A stretch of 51,876 nucleotides of DNA from Alphaproteobacteria bacterium (lineage in GTDB: Bacteria; Pseudomonadota; Alphaproteobacteria; HIMB59; GCA-002718135), in NCBI GenBank assembly GCA_045560915.1, contig JBJKYT010000016.1, positions 1 through 51,876 of the forward strand, given 5' to 3'. The position numbers and the translations under genes are program-made. A model generated the notes under the pieces. The model was not told the origin of the DNA, searched no databases, and worked only from the letters and a program-made list of their open reading frames with translations. Position 1 is the stretch's first letter. The number at the start of each line of letters is the position of its first letter. Below, in pieces: positions 8,956 through 19,200 of the stretch.

Positions 8956-9459
8956 ATGAGTGTAAAGAAAAATAAGGAATTTAAAATTGGAGAAGTTGTA
9001 GTTTATCCAAAGCATGGGGTGGGAGAAATAATCAGAATAGAATCTATGGAAGTTTCCAGTATAAAAACAAAATTTTATGTCGTTAAAATGGAACAGGGAA
9101 AATTAACAATTCGTGTTCCCCTAGATAAACAAAATGAAGTTGGCTTAAGAAAAATTTCTTCTAAAAAAATTATTGAAGAAGTATTTAGCGTTTTAAAATT
9201 AAAACCTAAAATAAGACGAATTATGTGGAGTAGACGAGCACAAGAATATGATACCAAAATATTCTCAGGAGATCCTATAAAAATAGGAGAGGTAGTAAGA
9301 GATTTATTTAGAAAAAATAGCCAACCTGAACAGTCATATAGTGAAAGACAAATGTTTCAAGTTGCTTTAGAGCGATTAGCAAGAGAGGTTGCTGCAGTAG
9401 AGAAGACTGATTACTTTCAGGCTACTGAAAAAATAGAAACAACATTGTACAATAAGTAA
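8956..9459 (+). CDS. carD: CarD/CdnL-family RNA-polymerase-binding transcription factor
   Basis: 167 aa. The N-terminal FKIGEVVVYPKHGVGEI Tudor-like RNAP-interacting domain and the fdxA-carD synteny are typical of alphaproteobacteria. Confidence 0.9.
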   Translation: MSVKKNKEFKIGEVVVYPKHGVGEIIRIESMEVSSIKTKFYVVKMEQGKLTIRVPLDKQNEVGLRKISSKKIIEEVFSVLKLKPKIRRIMWSRRAQEYDTKIFSGDPIKIGEVVRDLFRKNSQPEQSYSERQMFQVALERLAREVAAVEKTDYFQATEKIETTLYNK

Positions 9460-10275
9460 TTGGTGGATAAAAAAACAAATTTTACTGAAATTGCAAAATC
9501 TAAAAAAATTTGGGCTATAGGATCTATACATTCTAGACATATTGCTTTTGAGTCTATTAAAAAATACTTATTACAAAAATTTGAAAAAAATGATGCTTTA
9601 GTTTTTTTAGGAAATATTATAGGTCTAGGAACAGAGTCAAAAAAAACATTAAGTAGTGTTTTGGATCTTAGAAACAATCTTATGTCTAAGTTTTGTTTAG
9701 ATCCTGAAAAAATTATTTTTTTGCGAGGAGCACAAGAAGAAATGTTTCTAAAATTACTTCAATTGCAAACTGCTCCTAATCCTCATGATATTATTAAATG
9801 GATGTTGGAACATGGTGTAGATGCTACAATTAAATCATATGGATTTAATATAGAAGAATTGTTACAAATTTCTACACAAGGAACCATACCTATAAGTAAG
9901 TGGACTTCAAGATTAAACAATTCTCTTCTTGCCCAGCCAGGACATAACCAATATTTTATTAATCTAAAACATGCAGCATATACGAATACAAAAAAAATTT
10001 TATTTTTAAATAGAGGTGTTGATATTTCTCGCCCTCTATCAGCTCAGAGTGATTGTTTTTGGTGGGGTTATCAAAATTTTTCAAATTTAAATAATCCTTA
10101 TAATACTTTTATTAGAATTGTTAGAGGTTATAAATCTTCTACCAATGAAGCAATTAAAGATGTTAATAAAAGAATTGTTTGTTCATTATTTAATCAACCG
10201 TTAAATAATCCTAAAATTTTGGCAGGAATTTTTGATGATTCTGGTAAAATTCTTGATATATTTGAATCTCATTGA
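9460..10275 (+). CDS. PPP/ApaH-like metallophosphoesterase homologue with substituted metal-binding motifs (probable pseudo-enzyme)
   Basis: 271 aa with a TTG (or GTG at 9463) start abutting the carD stop. It aligns by eye to the PrpA/ApaH layout, but GDxHG reads GSIHS, GDxxDRG reads GNIIGLG and GNHE reads GAQE. Confidence 0.55.
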   Translation: MVDKKTNFTEIAKSKKIWAIGSIHSRHIAFESIKKYLLQKFEKNDALVFLGNIIGLGTESKKTLSSVLDLRNNLMSKFCLDPEKIIFLRGAQEEMFLKLLQLQTAPNPHDIIKWMLEHGVDATIKSYGFNIEELLQISTQGTIPISKWTSRLNNSLLAQPGHNQYFINLKHAAYTNTKKILFLNRGVDISRPLSAQSDCFWWGYQNFSNLNNPYNTFIRIVRGYKSSTNEAIKDVNKRIVCSLFNQPLNNPKILAGIFDDSGKILDIFESH

Positions 10276-10374
10276 TTTTTTATTAAGTATTATATTATTA
10301 TTAAGATATCAAATAGCTAATTTCACCATTTTTCAATTGATAGAATTAAAAATTGTTTTAGTATAAATAAATAA

Positions 10375-10911
10375 ATGTTTAAGAAATTATTAATTATATT
10401 AATATTATTTTTATTTCCTAAAGTTTTGTATGCAGGTGGATATGACATTTTTGGTTGGGGTTTATATGATATAAAGTTTGATGGAAGTCAAACTAATGAA
10501 GCATCTGACATAAGATATGAAAGACGTTTTGATAATTCTTTAGTTGAAATAGGCCCTGAAAGTGAAAATTTTTTTTATCTCAAACCATTCATTGGTTTAG
10601 AAACCACAACAGATTCTGCAGTATATTTATTGGGTGGAATATATTTAGAAGACAATCTCGGGACACTATTTGTAGGTGATGACTCTAATTTTATATTTAC
10701 TCCTAGTTTTGGGGTAGGATTTTATGATGATGGTGATGGAAAAAAGCTTGGTAATGATATTCAGTTTAGAACTACTTTTGAATTTAGTTATGAACTAGAA
10801 AATAAAAATAGAATAGGCCTATCTTATGGACATATTTCTAATGCAAATTTAGGTGATAAAAATCCTGGAGTTGAAATTTTGTCACTTTCTTATCAAATTC
10901 CATTTAATTAA
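10375..10911 (+). CDS. PagL-like lipid A deacylase / acyloxyacyl hydrolase outer-membrane protein
   Basis: 178 aa with a signal peptide (LFLFPKVLYA), beta-barrel-like alternating pattern, a C-terminal GHISNANLG (His/Ser catalytic block) and a terminal aromatic residue (YQIPFN). Confidence 0.65.
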   Translation: MFKKLLIILILFLFPKVLYAGGYDIFGWGLYDIKFDGSQTNEASDIRYERRFDNSLVEIGPESENFFYLKPFIGLETTTDSAVYLLGGIYLEDNLGTLFVGDDSNFIFTPSFGVGFYDDGDGKKLGNDIQFRTTFEFSYELENKNRIGLSYGHISNANLGDKNPGVEILSLSYQIPFN

Positions 10912-11897
10912 ACTAATAACTCTTTTTTTTGCTTAATAAATTGTAAAAACAAAGATTGCAGTTCATCTATTTTGTGGTTTTTCATATTTTCATGAACATC
11001 GGTTTTAAATTTTTTACTATTAGGTATGCCAAAAAAAATCTGCAATATTGGACTCAATAATCTAAATATAGATTCAGTATTAATTTTTGGTTTTATATAA
11101 TCAAAATATTCAATAATTATTTTTTCATTAATGATTTTCTTTTCAGAATGGTTAAAAAACATTTTATCAATCTTAGATAAACAAAAAGGATTATTTTGAA
11201 TTAATCTGCCAACCATAACCCCATCGTATTCCTTAGAAAGTTTAAAGGCATTTTCTAAATTTTCTATTCCTCCGTTAAGAATAAATTGTACTTTTGGATA
11301 CTCTGACTTAATTTTTTTTATAAAATCATAATTTAAAGGTGGAATAGTCCTATTACCTTTTGGACTTATGCCATTTAAAATTGCATTACGTGCATGTACG
11401 TATATTATAGAAACTTCACTCTTAATAATTTCATTTATGAAGTCAGAAAAAAAATCATAGTTAAATTCTTTTCCAATTCCAATACGACATTTTATAGAAA
11501 CTTCAATATCTGCTGCATTTTTCATTTGTTCTAAACAATTTCTAACTAAGGATTTTTTTTTCATTAAGCAGGCCCCAAAACTTCCTTTTTGTACTGCTTT
11601 ACTTGGGCAGCCTACATTTAAGTTTATTTCATCATAATTATATGATTTAGCAATTTTGGAGCATTTTTTTAAATCATCAATTTCAGAACCTCCAACTTGT
11701 AATGCAATAGGGTTACTAGAGTCATTTTCTATAATTAAATCTCTATTTTGAGAATGTATCATTGTTTTTGTTGCTATCATTTCGGTAAATAAAAATACTT
11801 CAGAAGAAAGCATACGATAAAGTCTACGAGCGTGAGGTGTAGTGTATCCCATCATTGGAGCAACACAAAAAATTCTTTTTTTTGATTTATTGTTCAT
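10908..11897 (-). CDS. dusA: tRNA-dihydrouridine synthase A
   Basis: 329 aa. APMMGYTTPHARRLYR, LQVGGSE, YDEINLNVGCPSKAVQKGSFGACLM and VHAR are DusA signature blocks. Confidence 0.9.
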   Translation of the reverse strand: MNNKSKKRIFCVAPMMGYTTPHARRLYRMLSSEVFLFTEMIATKTMIHSQNRDLIIENDSSNPIALQVGGSEIDDLKKCSKIAKSYNYDEINLNVGCPSKAVQKGSFGACLMKKKSLVRNCLEQMKNAADIEVSIKCRIGIGKEFNYDFFSDFINEIIKSEVSIIYVHARNAILNGISPKGNRTIPPLNYDFIKKIKSEYPKVQFILNGGIENLENAFKLSKEYDGVMVGRLIQNNPFCLSKIDKMFFNHSEKKIINEKIIIEYFDYIKPKINTESIFRLLSPILQIFFGIPNSKKFKTDVHENMKNHKIDELQSLFLQFIKQKKELLV

Positions 11898-11911
11898 CCA
11901 GTACTATCAAA

Positions 11912-12706
11912 CTACCTATAAACATTTTTTTTATTAGGAAATTTTTTTTGAATAACGTCTGAGCAATATTTTTGTACAGATTTATTAATTATTGATTCAA
12001 AATTAGCATATGATTTAACAAACTTAGGTTTTTTTTCTGAACTTGATATTCCTAGTATGTCATCTATTACTAATACTTGACCGTCACAATCTTTAGAGGC
12101 ACCTATACCAATAGTTGGAATGTTTAATTTTTTTGATATCTCTTTGGCTAAAGTTTCTTGCATACATTCAAGAACAATCAAACATGAGCCAGCTTTTTCA
12201 AGACTTAAAGCTAATTTGATAATTTTATCCTTTTCAATTGGTAGCTTACCTACAGTACGTATTTTATTAAAATTTTTATATTTTTGAGGAGTTACACCAA
12301 TATGAGATATAACTTTGATTTTGTTTTTAGTTAAATATTTTACTATTCCTATATTATTTTCGTCAGTTTCAATTTTGATTGATTGGCATTTAGTATGATG
12401 AATTATATTCTTAGCATTTGCTAATGCTTCTTTATTATTATTATAAGTATTGAATGGCATATCAACAATTGTAAATGATTTTTTGCAGTACTGAGAAACA
12501 GCTCGTCCATGCGCCTTCATCATTTCCAACGTAACTTTTTGAGTATTTTTCATCCCATAAATTGTTGATCCTAAAGAGTCACCCACTAAAACAATATCTA
12601 CATAATTATCAATAATTTTAGCAACAGAAGAGGTATAAGCAGTCAAACATGTAATTTTTTTCCTCCCCTTTTGTTGTTGTATATCTTTAATTGTTTTTTT
12701 AGTCAT
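11912..12706 (-). CDS. panB: 3-methyl-2-oxobutanoate hydroxymethyltransferase
   Basis: 264 aa with the pattern CLTAYT...VLVGDSLGSTIYG...VTLEMMKAHGRAV...IKIE typical of PanB. Confidence 0.92.
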   Translation of the reverse strand: MTKKTIKDIQQQKGRKKITCLTAYTSSVAKIIDNYVDIVLVGDSLGSTIYGMKNTQKVTLEMMKAHGRAVSQYCKKSFTIVDMPFNTYNNNKEALANAKNIIHHTKCQSIKIETDENNIGIVKYLTKNKIKVISHIGVTPQKYKNFNKIRTVGKLPIEKDKIIKLALSLEKAGSCLIVLECMQETLAKEISKKLNIPTIGIGASKDCDGQVLVIDDILGISSSEKKPKFVKSYANFESIINKSVQKYCSDVIQKKFPNKKNVYR

Positions 12707-12752
12707 AAGAAATTTTCATAATATTCTATTTATAAACGAATTTTAAAAAATA

Positions 12753-14222
12753 TTAATTACTATTAATAAATGAATTAATCTCTTTTTCTATTTTTTTAAA
12801 AGGGCCGCTCCAATTATTTAGTTCTGATTGTCTAAATAATTTCATTGATGGATACCAGGGGGTTATTTTTTTATCTAACATCCATCGCCAATCAGGAATA
12901 AATTGCAGAAGTACCCAAACCTTACAACCCATTGATCCAGCTAAATGTGCTATAGATGTATCTACAGTAATTATTAAATCTAACTTAGTCATTAATACTG
13001 CCGTATCTAAAAAGGCTGCTTCTTTATCTAAATCATCACCTAAATTAATTACTTCTATTTCTTCAAAATTTGAGTGTAACTGTTCTGCCCCATCATTTTT
13101 TTGCAAGCTAAATAATTTAACATTTTTTATTTTAGAGATATTTTTAAAATATTTTATTGGAAACGATCTTCCTTCATCTTTTGAGTATGAACTACCTTGC
13201 CAACATATTCCAATATTAAAATTATCTTGATTTAATTTATTTTCCCAAATTTTTTTTTGGAGACTGGGCTTTTTAATATAGGGAATATTTTGAGGAATAC
13301 TATTAATGTTCGTTTTAAAGGCATTAGGCAAACTAAGTAGAGGGCAATGGCAATCAAAAAAAGGTAATTTTTCCCCTTTTCGAACTGTAGCAAAATTTCC
13401 TTTTAAATATCTCATGAGTTTTATAAGCGAGTCTTCAACTTCAAATATTACTTTAGCACCTAATTTTTCTACTAGCTCAATATATCTTGAAAATTGTATA
13501 CTATCTCCTAATCCTTGCTCAGTATGAATTAAAATTATTTTTTTGTTTATGTTAAAATCTCCCAACCACAAAGGTTGAGAAAAGTTTCTTTTTTCAGATG
13601 AAAAATTATTTTTTTTCCACCTCCATTCATAATATTTCCAACCTTCTTCTAACTCTCCTTTAAGCAAAAGGGTAATTGCTTTATTCCAATTCGGCTCTAC
13701 TTCATTTGAATTAATTTCAATTGCTTTATTATAATTTGTAATTGCCTCATCTAATTTTTTTAAGTTTTTAAGTGAATTACCTTTGTTTATATAAGCACCA
13801 TATAAATTAGAATTTAATTCTAGAGCTTTATCGTAGTTTATTATTGATTCTTCAAAACTTTGTAATTTTTGTAAAGCATTTCCTTTATTGTAGTAAGCAT
13901 CAGCTAATTTAGGATGTAAGGATATTGCTATATCATAATTTTTAATAGCTTCTGCAAATTCATTTAATTCAAAATGTGCACTTCCTTTATTACAATATAA
14001 TCCCGCATGATTATCTTGAATATTAATTGCTTTATTAAAATATTTTAAACCTTCATTGAATTTTTCATATTGGCAGTAAAGTATCCCAAGTAAGTTGTGA
14101 GCTTCAAAATTATTTATATCTATATCAATGATTCTTTTATAAAATTTTTCAGCCTTTAAATTTTCATTTTTATTTTGGCAATCTTTAGCCTTTTCTAATA
14201 ATTCTTTTATTATATTGTTCAT
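12753..14222 (-). CDS. TPR-repeat protein fused to a GT9 (heptosyltransferase-like) glycosyltransferase domain
   Basis: 489 aa. The N-terminal ~190 aa are tandem TPRs (repeated A..Y..G.....+..EA+..Y.KA+ pattern). The C-terminal half has GT9-like blocks (EQGLGDSIQFSRYI, LIITVDTSIAHLAGSMGCKVWVLL). Confidence 0.75.
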   Translation of the reverse strand: MNNIIKELLEKAKDCQNKNENLKAEKFYKRIIDIDINNFEAHNLLGILYCQYEKFNEGLKYFNKAINIQDNHAGLYCNKGSAHFELNEFAEAIKNYDIAISLHPKLADAYYNKGNALQKLQSFEESIINYDKALELNSNLYGAYINKGNSLKNLKKLDEAITNYNKAIEINSNEVEPNWNKAITLLLKGELEEGWKYYEWRWKKNNFSSEKRNFSQPLWLGDFNINKKIILIHTEQGLGDSIQFSRYIELVEKLGAKVIFEVEDSLIKLMRYLKGNFATVRKGEKLPFFDCHCPLLSLPNAFKTNINSIPQNIPYIKKPSLQKKIWENKLNQDNFNIGICWQGSSYSKDEGRSFPIKYFKNISKIKNVKLFSLQKNDGAEQLHSNFEEIEVINLGDDLDKEAAFLDTAVLMTKLDLIITVDTSIAHLAGSMGCKVWVLLQFIPDWRWMLDKKITPWYPSMKLFRQSELNNWSGPFKKIEKEINSFINSN

Positions 14223-14380
14223 TCTTTAAAAAAAATAGCCAAGCTTAATATTTTTGTTAAAATTATTTTAGCATTTTATTGTAGTTTAAAAAATAATAAT
14301 TCAACAATAATTTGCATCCTCAACATAATTAAAGTAAAAATTACTATACTTTTTATAATGTAGTTAATTTTATATAGAAA

Positions 14381-15253
14381 ATGGTTAAAGAAACTGACAA
14401 TCGTGATCTGAGTTTTTTACCTATACAAAACTCTTCTCCAAAATTATTATCATCTCAAGACATAGAAAAATATAATTCTAGTGGTTTCATTGCCCCTTTT
14501 AATGCATTTTCCAAAAGTGAAATAAATGAAGTAAGGAAATCTGTAGATAATTTATTTCTTAAACTACAATCATATAAAGATGGTAGAGATAGTTATTCAA
14601 TAAATTGCTATCAACATAAATCAAAATCAATTTGGAAAATTATCAATAATACCAAAATATTAAATCACGTCGAGGATTTGATTGGAACCAATATTATTTG
14701 TTGGGCGTCACATTTTTTTAATAAACTTCCAAATGATAACAGACCAGTTCCTTATCATCAAGATGCGAGTTATTGGTTAATGTCTCCGGCAAGAACAGTG
14801 ACTGTTTGGTTGGCTATAGATGATACTGATTTAGAAAATGCTCCGATGGAGTTTCTCCCTGGTTCACATAAGGTAGGCCCATTACCTTGGAAAGTTACAG
14901 ATAAAAAAAATCCTGTATTGAGTCAAGAAATTACTGGTATTGAAAAATTTGGTAACCCTTATTTAAATGCTCTTAAAGCTGGAGATTTTTCTTTACATGC
15001 GGATATGATTGCACATGGATCACTCCCAAACCTGTCTCATAGGAGAAGATGTGGCTTAACAATTAGATATTGTAACCCTGAATCTACAAAACCTCTTCAC
15101 CCTATGTATGCTGAAAAGGCTATACTCTGTAGAGGAGTTAAACCAACGGGGAAATGGAGCTCATGTAACTCAAATATGCCTTTAGAAGATGATCTTGCAA
15201 TTATAGAATCTAATCCAATAGTAGAATTACCTAACCCACAATCTTTCCACTAA
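14381..15253 (+). CDS. Phytanoyl-CoA dioxygenase (PhyH)-family Fe(II)/2OG oxygenase
   Basis: 290 aa with the YHQDASYW (HxD) facial-triad block, a distal HGS histidine and an R-x-G/T-I-R C-terminal block (RCGLTIRY). Confidence 0.8.
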   Translation: MVKETDNRDLSFLPIQNSSPKLLSSQDIEKYNSSGFIAPFNAFSKSEINEVRKSVDNLFLKLQSYKDGRDSYSINCYQHKSKSIWKIINNTKILNHVEDLIGTNIICWASHFFNKLPNDNRPVPYHQDASYWLMSPARTVTVWLAIDDTDLENAPMEFLPGSHKVGPLPWKVTDKKNPVLSQEITGIEKFGNPYLNALKAGDFSLHADMIAHGSLPNLSHRRRCGLTIRYCNPESTKPLHPMYAEKAILCRGVKPTGKWSSCNSNMPLEDDLAIIESNPIVELPNPQSFH

Positions 15254-15262
15254 ATTTTTTTT

Positions 15263-16108
15263 ATGTCTCTCCAGATCAAAAAACTTCATAAAAAATTTGG
15301 TGCTGAAATAATAAATTTTGATTTGGCAAAAAGTTTAAATAACAAATTTTTTAAAGAAATTTTAAAAAATTTTAATGATTATGGTATTTTGCTTTTCAGG
15401 AATCAAAATTTATCTATTAAAAATCAAGTAATATTTGGAAGAAAATTTGGAAAAGTTTTAATTCATGCCGTTAATCAAAATCATGCCAAAGAACACCCAG
15501 AAGTTTATGTATTAAGTAACTTAAACAATAAAGGACAACCATCAGGAAAGCATCCTGATCAAGGTTCTTTATATTGGCATACTGATGGATCTTGGCGTAA
15601 AATTACAGGACAAGCAACCATAATGGTTGCTGATATAATTTCACTTAAAGGGGGCGAAACCCATTTTTGTTGTATGGAAAATGCATATGATTCTTTAAGT
15701 GATAGCATGAAACTGAAAATTGATAATCTATTTGCCATTCATAATTTAGATTTTTCTAGAAATAGAAGACATGGTCATGATCCTTTATCCAAAAAACAAA
15801 AAAATAATGCACCTCCAGTCATTCATCCTGTTGTAAGAACTCATCCTAACACAAGTAGAAAAAGTTTATTCCTAGGTGATCATGCAGAATATATAGAGGA
15901 TATGGATTATTCAAAAGGAAGAAATTTTATAGAGCGATTAAACAAATTAGCAACCAAAACAAAATTTATTTACAAACATAAATATAAAGAAGGGGATGTA
16001 TTGGTTTGGGATAATCGTCGATTGCTCCATAAAGGTACAAAATATGATACTGCTAATTTCAAAAGAGTTATGAGAAGAACTACAATAATAGGTGAAGCAC
16101 CTCAATAA
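15263..16108 (+). CDS. TauD/TfdA-family Fe(II)/2OG dioxygenase
   Basis: 281 aa with LYWHTDGSW (HxD), PVVRTHP, VLVWDNRRLLH and RVMRRTTI, the characteristic TauD blocks. Confidence 0.85.
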   Translation: MSLQIKKLHKKFGAEIINFDLAKSLNNKFFKEILKNFNDYGILLFRNQNLSIKNQVIFGRKFGKVLIHAVNQNHAKEHPEVYVLSNLNNKGQPSGKHPDQGSLYWHTDGSWRKITGQATIMVADIISLKGGETHFCCMENAYDSLSDSMKLKIDNLFAIHNLDFSRNRRHGHDPLSKKQKNNAPPVIHPVVRTHPNTSRKSLFLGDHAEYIEDMDYSKGRNFIERLNKLATKTKFIYKHKYKEGDVLVWDNRRLLHKGTKYDTANFKRVMRRTTIIGEAPQ

Positions 16109-16248
16109 AAGTAAAACAATAAATTCAAATAATTTAATAAAAATGATATTTTTATGAATTTTACACTCAATTTTTATTAAAAAAAGTTTTGTATTCTTTA
16201 CTTTTCAGTTATCTTCATTTTTAATTAGTTTAAATTTAATAACATTAT

Positions 16249-19200
16249 ATGAAAAATATCTTTATAGCCTTTTTTTTAGTCCTTTTTTTGTCATCAGCAA
16301 GTTTTGCTATTTCTAAAAAAGAAGCAATTTACCAGAATGGTAATGAATTACATGAATGGTCACTTAAAGCAGGCTTTCATATATCTTGGATGGAATGTGC
16401 AACAGGAGGTAATGGGTCAAAAGTTGCAAAAACTATTAAACAAGAAGTTGCCAAACTTTCTTGGCCAGACTTTAAGCTTTTAAATGTAGGAATAAATACT
16501 AGCAGTAGTAATCCTCCTAAATTTGTTGGTTTTTTTTGTAACTCAGGTGTTAATAAATTTGACATGGTTGAGGCTAAACTAAAAAATTATGTTACAGAAT
16601 TAAAACTACTTGTTTTGACAAATGGTAGCCAAATAACAGCAACCTCTAAAACTAACTCAGATGACAGTGAAATAATAGAAACAAAAGACTCAGTAAAAGC
16701 GGAAGAAGTTAAAGCTAAAAAAATAACAGAGCAAGAAATAATTGATGGCCAAGATGATTCAAAAGATTCTTCAACGTCATCTACAACAGATACAAAGCAA
16801 GTATTCGAAGATCAATCTGAAAATAACAAAGAACTTCAAGAGGCACAACACTATATTAATGATCTTTTGAATTACATCAAAATAAACCCTAGCACTTTTG
16901 ATATTATTGAAATCACTAAATTTATGATTGGTAATAAAAATATTCTAGATGGTAGTTGGACTGATTTAGAAAAAGAAGGCTTCGAGTTATTTAAAAATTA
17001 TACTGAAGCTTCAAAGGATTTTTTAGATTTTCATAATAAAAATAATGATCTTCGTGAAGAAGAAGCAGCAAATAATTTGGTGACAGCTGAGAATCAACTA
17101 AAAGAACTAATTAATTATTTTACATACTTTTTACAAAATAATTTAACTTCTGTTTTAGCGTCTGATATTTTATCAAATATTGATCTCGCTAAAGACTCCT
17201 TGTCCTCAAAAGAAATAAATAAATTAAATGGTATAACTGACTCATTAAATACTTTTATAAAGGATAAAAATCTTACTTCTGATTACCAAGAATTTCAAAA
17301 TCAACAAATAAATGCAGAATCTACTAAAAAAGAAATCAAAAAAGAAACTAAAAAAGAAGAAAAGAAAATTAATAATAATCTTATTACTTTAAAAGGAGAC
17401 TTTAAAAGAGCACAAACCGCCCTTAATAAACTTGGATTTTATGGGGGCGTAATTGACGGTCTTTTTGGAAGAGTTTCTATTAAAGCTCTTAATGAATGGC
17501 AAGAACAAGCAGGCTTAACTATCACTACAACTATTTCTTTTGATTTACTAACTACATTAGAAAATGCAGCAAATAATTCTAATCAAGTAGTTGTTAAGCA
17601 AGAAATTATTGAAGATACAGAAACTTTAAATGCTACAACATACAACGCGGAACAACTAGCAGCCCAATATTTTTTGAATGATTTTTTAATTTTTATCAAG
17701 GATAATCCTTCATCTTTTGATATTATTGAAATTACAGAATTAATTTCTGTTAATAAAGCTATTTTGGCAGGTCAATGGAATGAAGTTCAACAGAAAGATT
17801 TTATTCAGTTTAAAAATTATGTTTCTATTTCAGATGAATTTATAAAATTTCATTCAAAGCAAAATGATCAACGTCAAAAGGATATTTTAAATAAGATTGC
17901 TACCCAGAATACAAAGTTAAAAAACATTATTTCTTATTTAAAATTTTATTTGCAGAATAATATTACCTCGGATATTGCAACAATCGTTATTAAAAATATA
18001 AAATATGCTGAAAAATCTCTTGAGGATCAAAATCTTGGAGTTTTAATTAGCGCTAATAATGAACTAGAAAAATTTATAAATAATCAAAATTTAACTAATG
18101 AATACAAAGATCATGTTAGTGCATTATCTTCTCCAGATGATTTAGTTACAACTAGCACAATTAATGAAGTAGATTTAGTCAGTTTTGACATTATTAAAAA
18201 TGCTAGTGATTCTGATTTTATTACTTTAGTTAATTTATCAGGTAAAGCTCCTAATGCTATACTCAATTTAGAAGGAAAAGTTGTGTTTGAAAAAGACATT
18301 GCTCTTTCATGTTTTTATCAATCTAAAACAATTAAAAATGACTTAAAATATTATTTGTATGATAAGGTTGCGAATAAAAAGTTCTTAGCTTTTGATCAGG
18401 GTTTTGAATGTAATCAAAACAACTTATTAAATTATGATCTTATCTTTTTTAAAAAAGATGCATTATTACGTGAAGACAAAAGTTATGTAAGTTCTTTAGT
18501 GGCTGCTATAGCATCTGATCATTTGCAATTATTTTCTATGATATCAAAAAAAGAATACGAAAAAGATTTTTTACAACGTGAAATGTTTGCAGAGCAAATA
18601 TCTGAGGATGTACTAAACGAAACAAGATTAGGTTTTGGCTCACTAATTATTGATAATGATAATACTTCTTTGTGTACGGATGTGAATTCATCTCTTGGTC
18701 ATATAAGTATTATGAATTTACTTGCTAATGAATTTACAAGAATGGGATATGGAAAATCTGTAAATGATGTTGTTTTCAATAATACTGAAGATACCTTCAT
18801 AAATGTTCAACGAGGTAATTGTGGCTTTATTTATGCTGGAGAAGAATCACTTAAAAATCTTATGATAGCATTTGAAAACTCTAATACAAAGTTTAGTGTT
18901 TTACCTATTTGGTTATCTAATAAACAGGTTGCAGATGAACAAGAAAGACAAGAAAATAAAGAAAAAAGTGTATTAGTTGATTTGCAGAAGAAAAAAGAAC
19001 AATTAGAAAAAGAAAAAAAACTTAAAGAAGAACGTTTAAAGGCCGAAGGTATTTTAAAGGCACAAGAAGAAAAAGCTTTAAGGGATCGCAATAGAGTTGT
19101 TGTTGAGGCACATGTCGAATTAATTGAAAATGAAATTAAAATTTTATTTAATAAAGATAAATTTAAAGAAACATGGCTCTATGAATCTTATCCCAATTTG

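Noticed and set aside
16843-18114. A diversity-generating retroelement (template/variable repeat pair) behind the duplicated modules in the 1100-aa protein
   Set aside because: The two modules are diverged at most positions, not near-identical with adenine-specific differences, and no reverse transcriptase gene is present.
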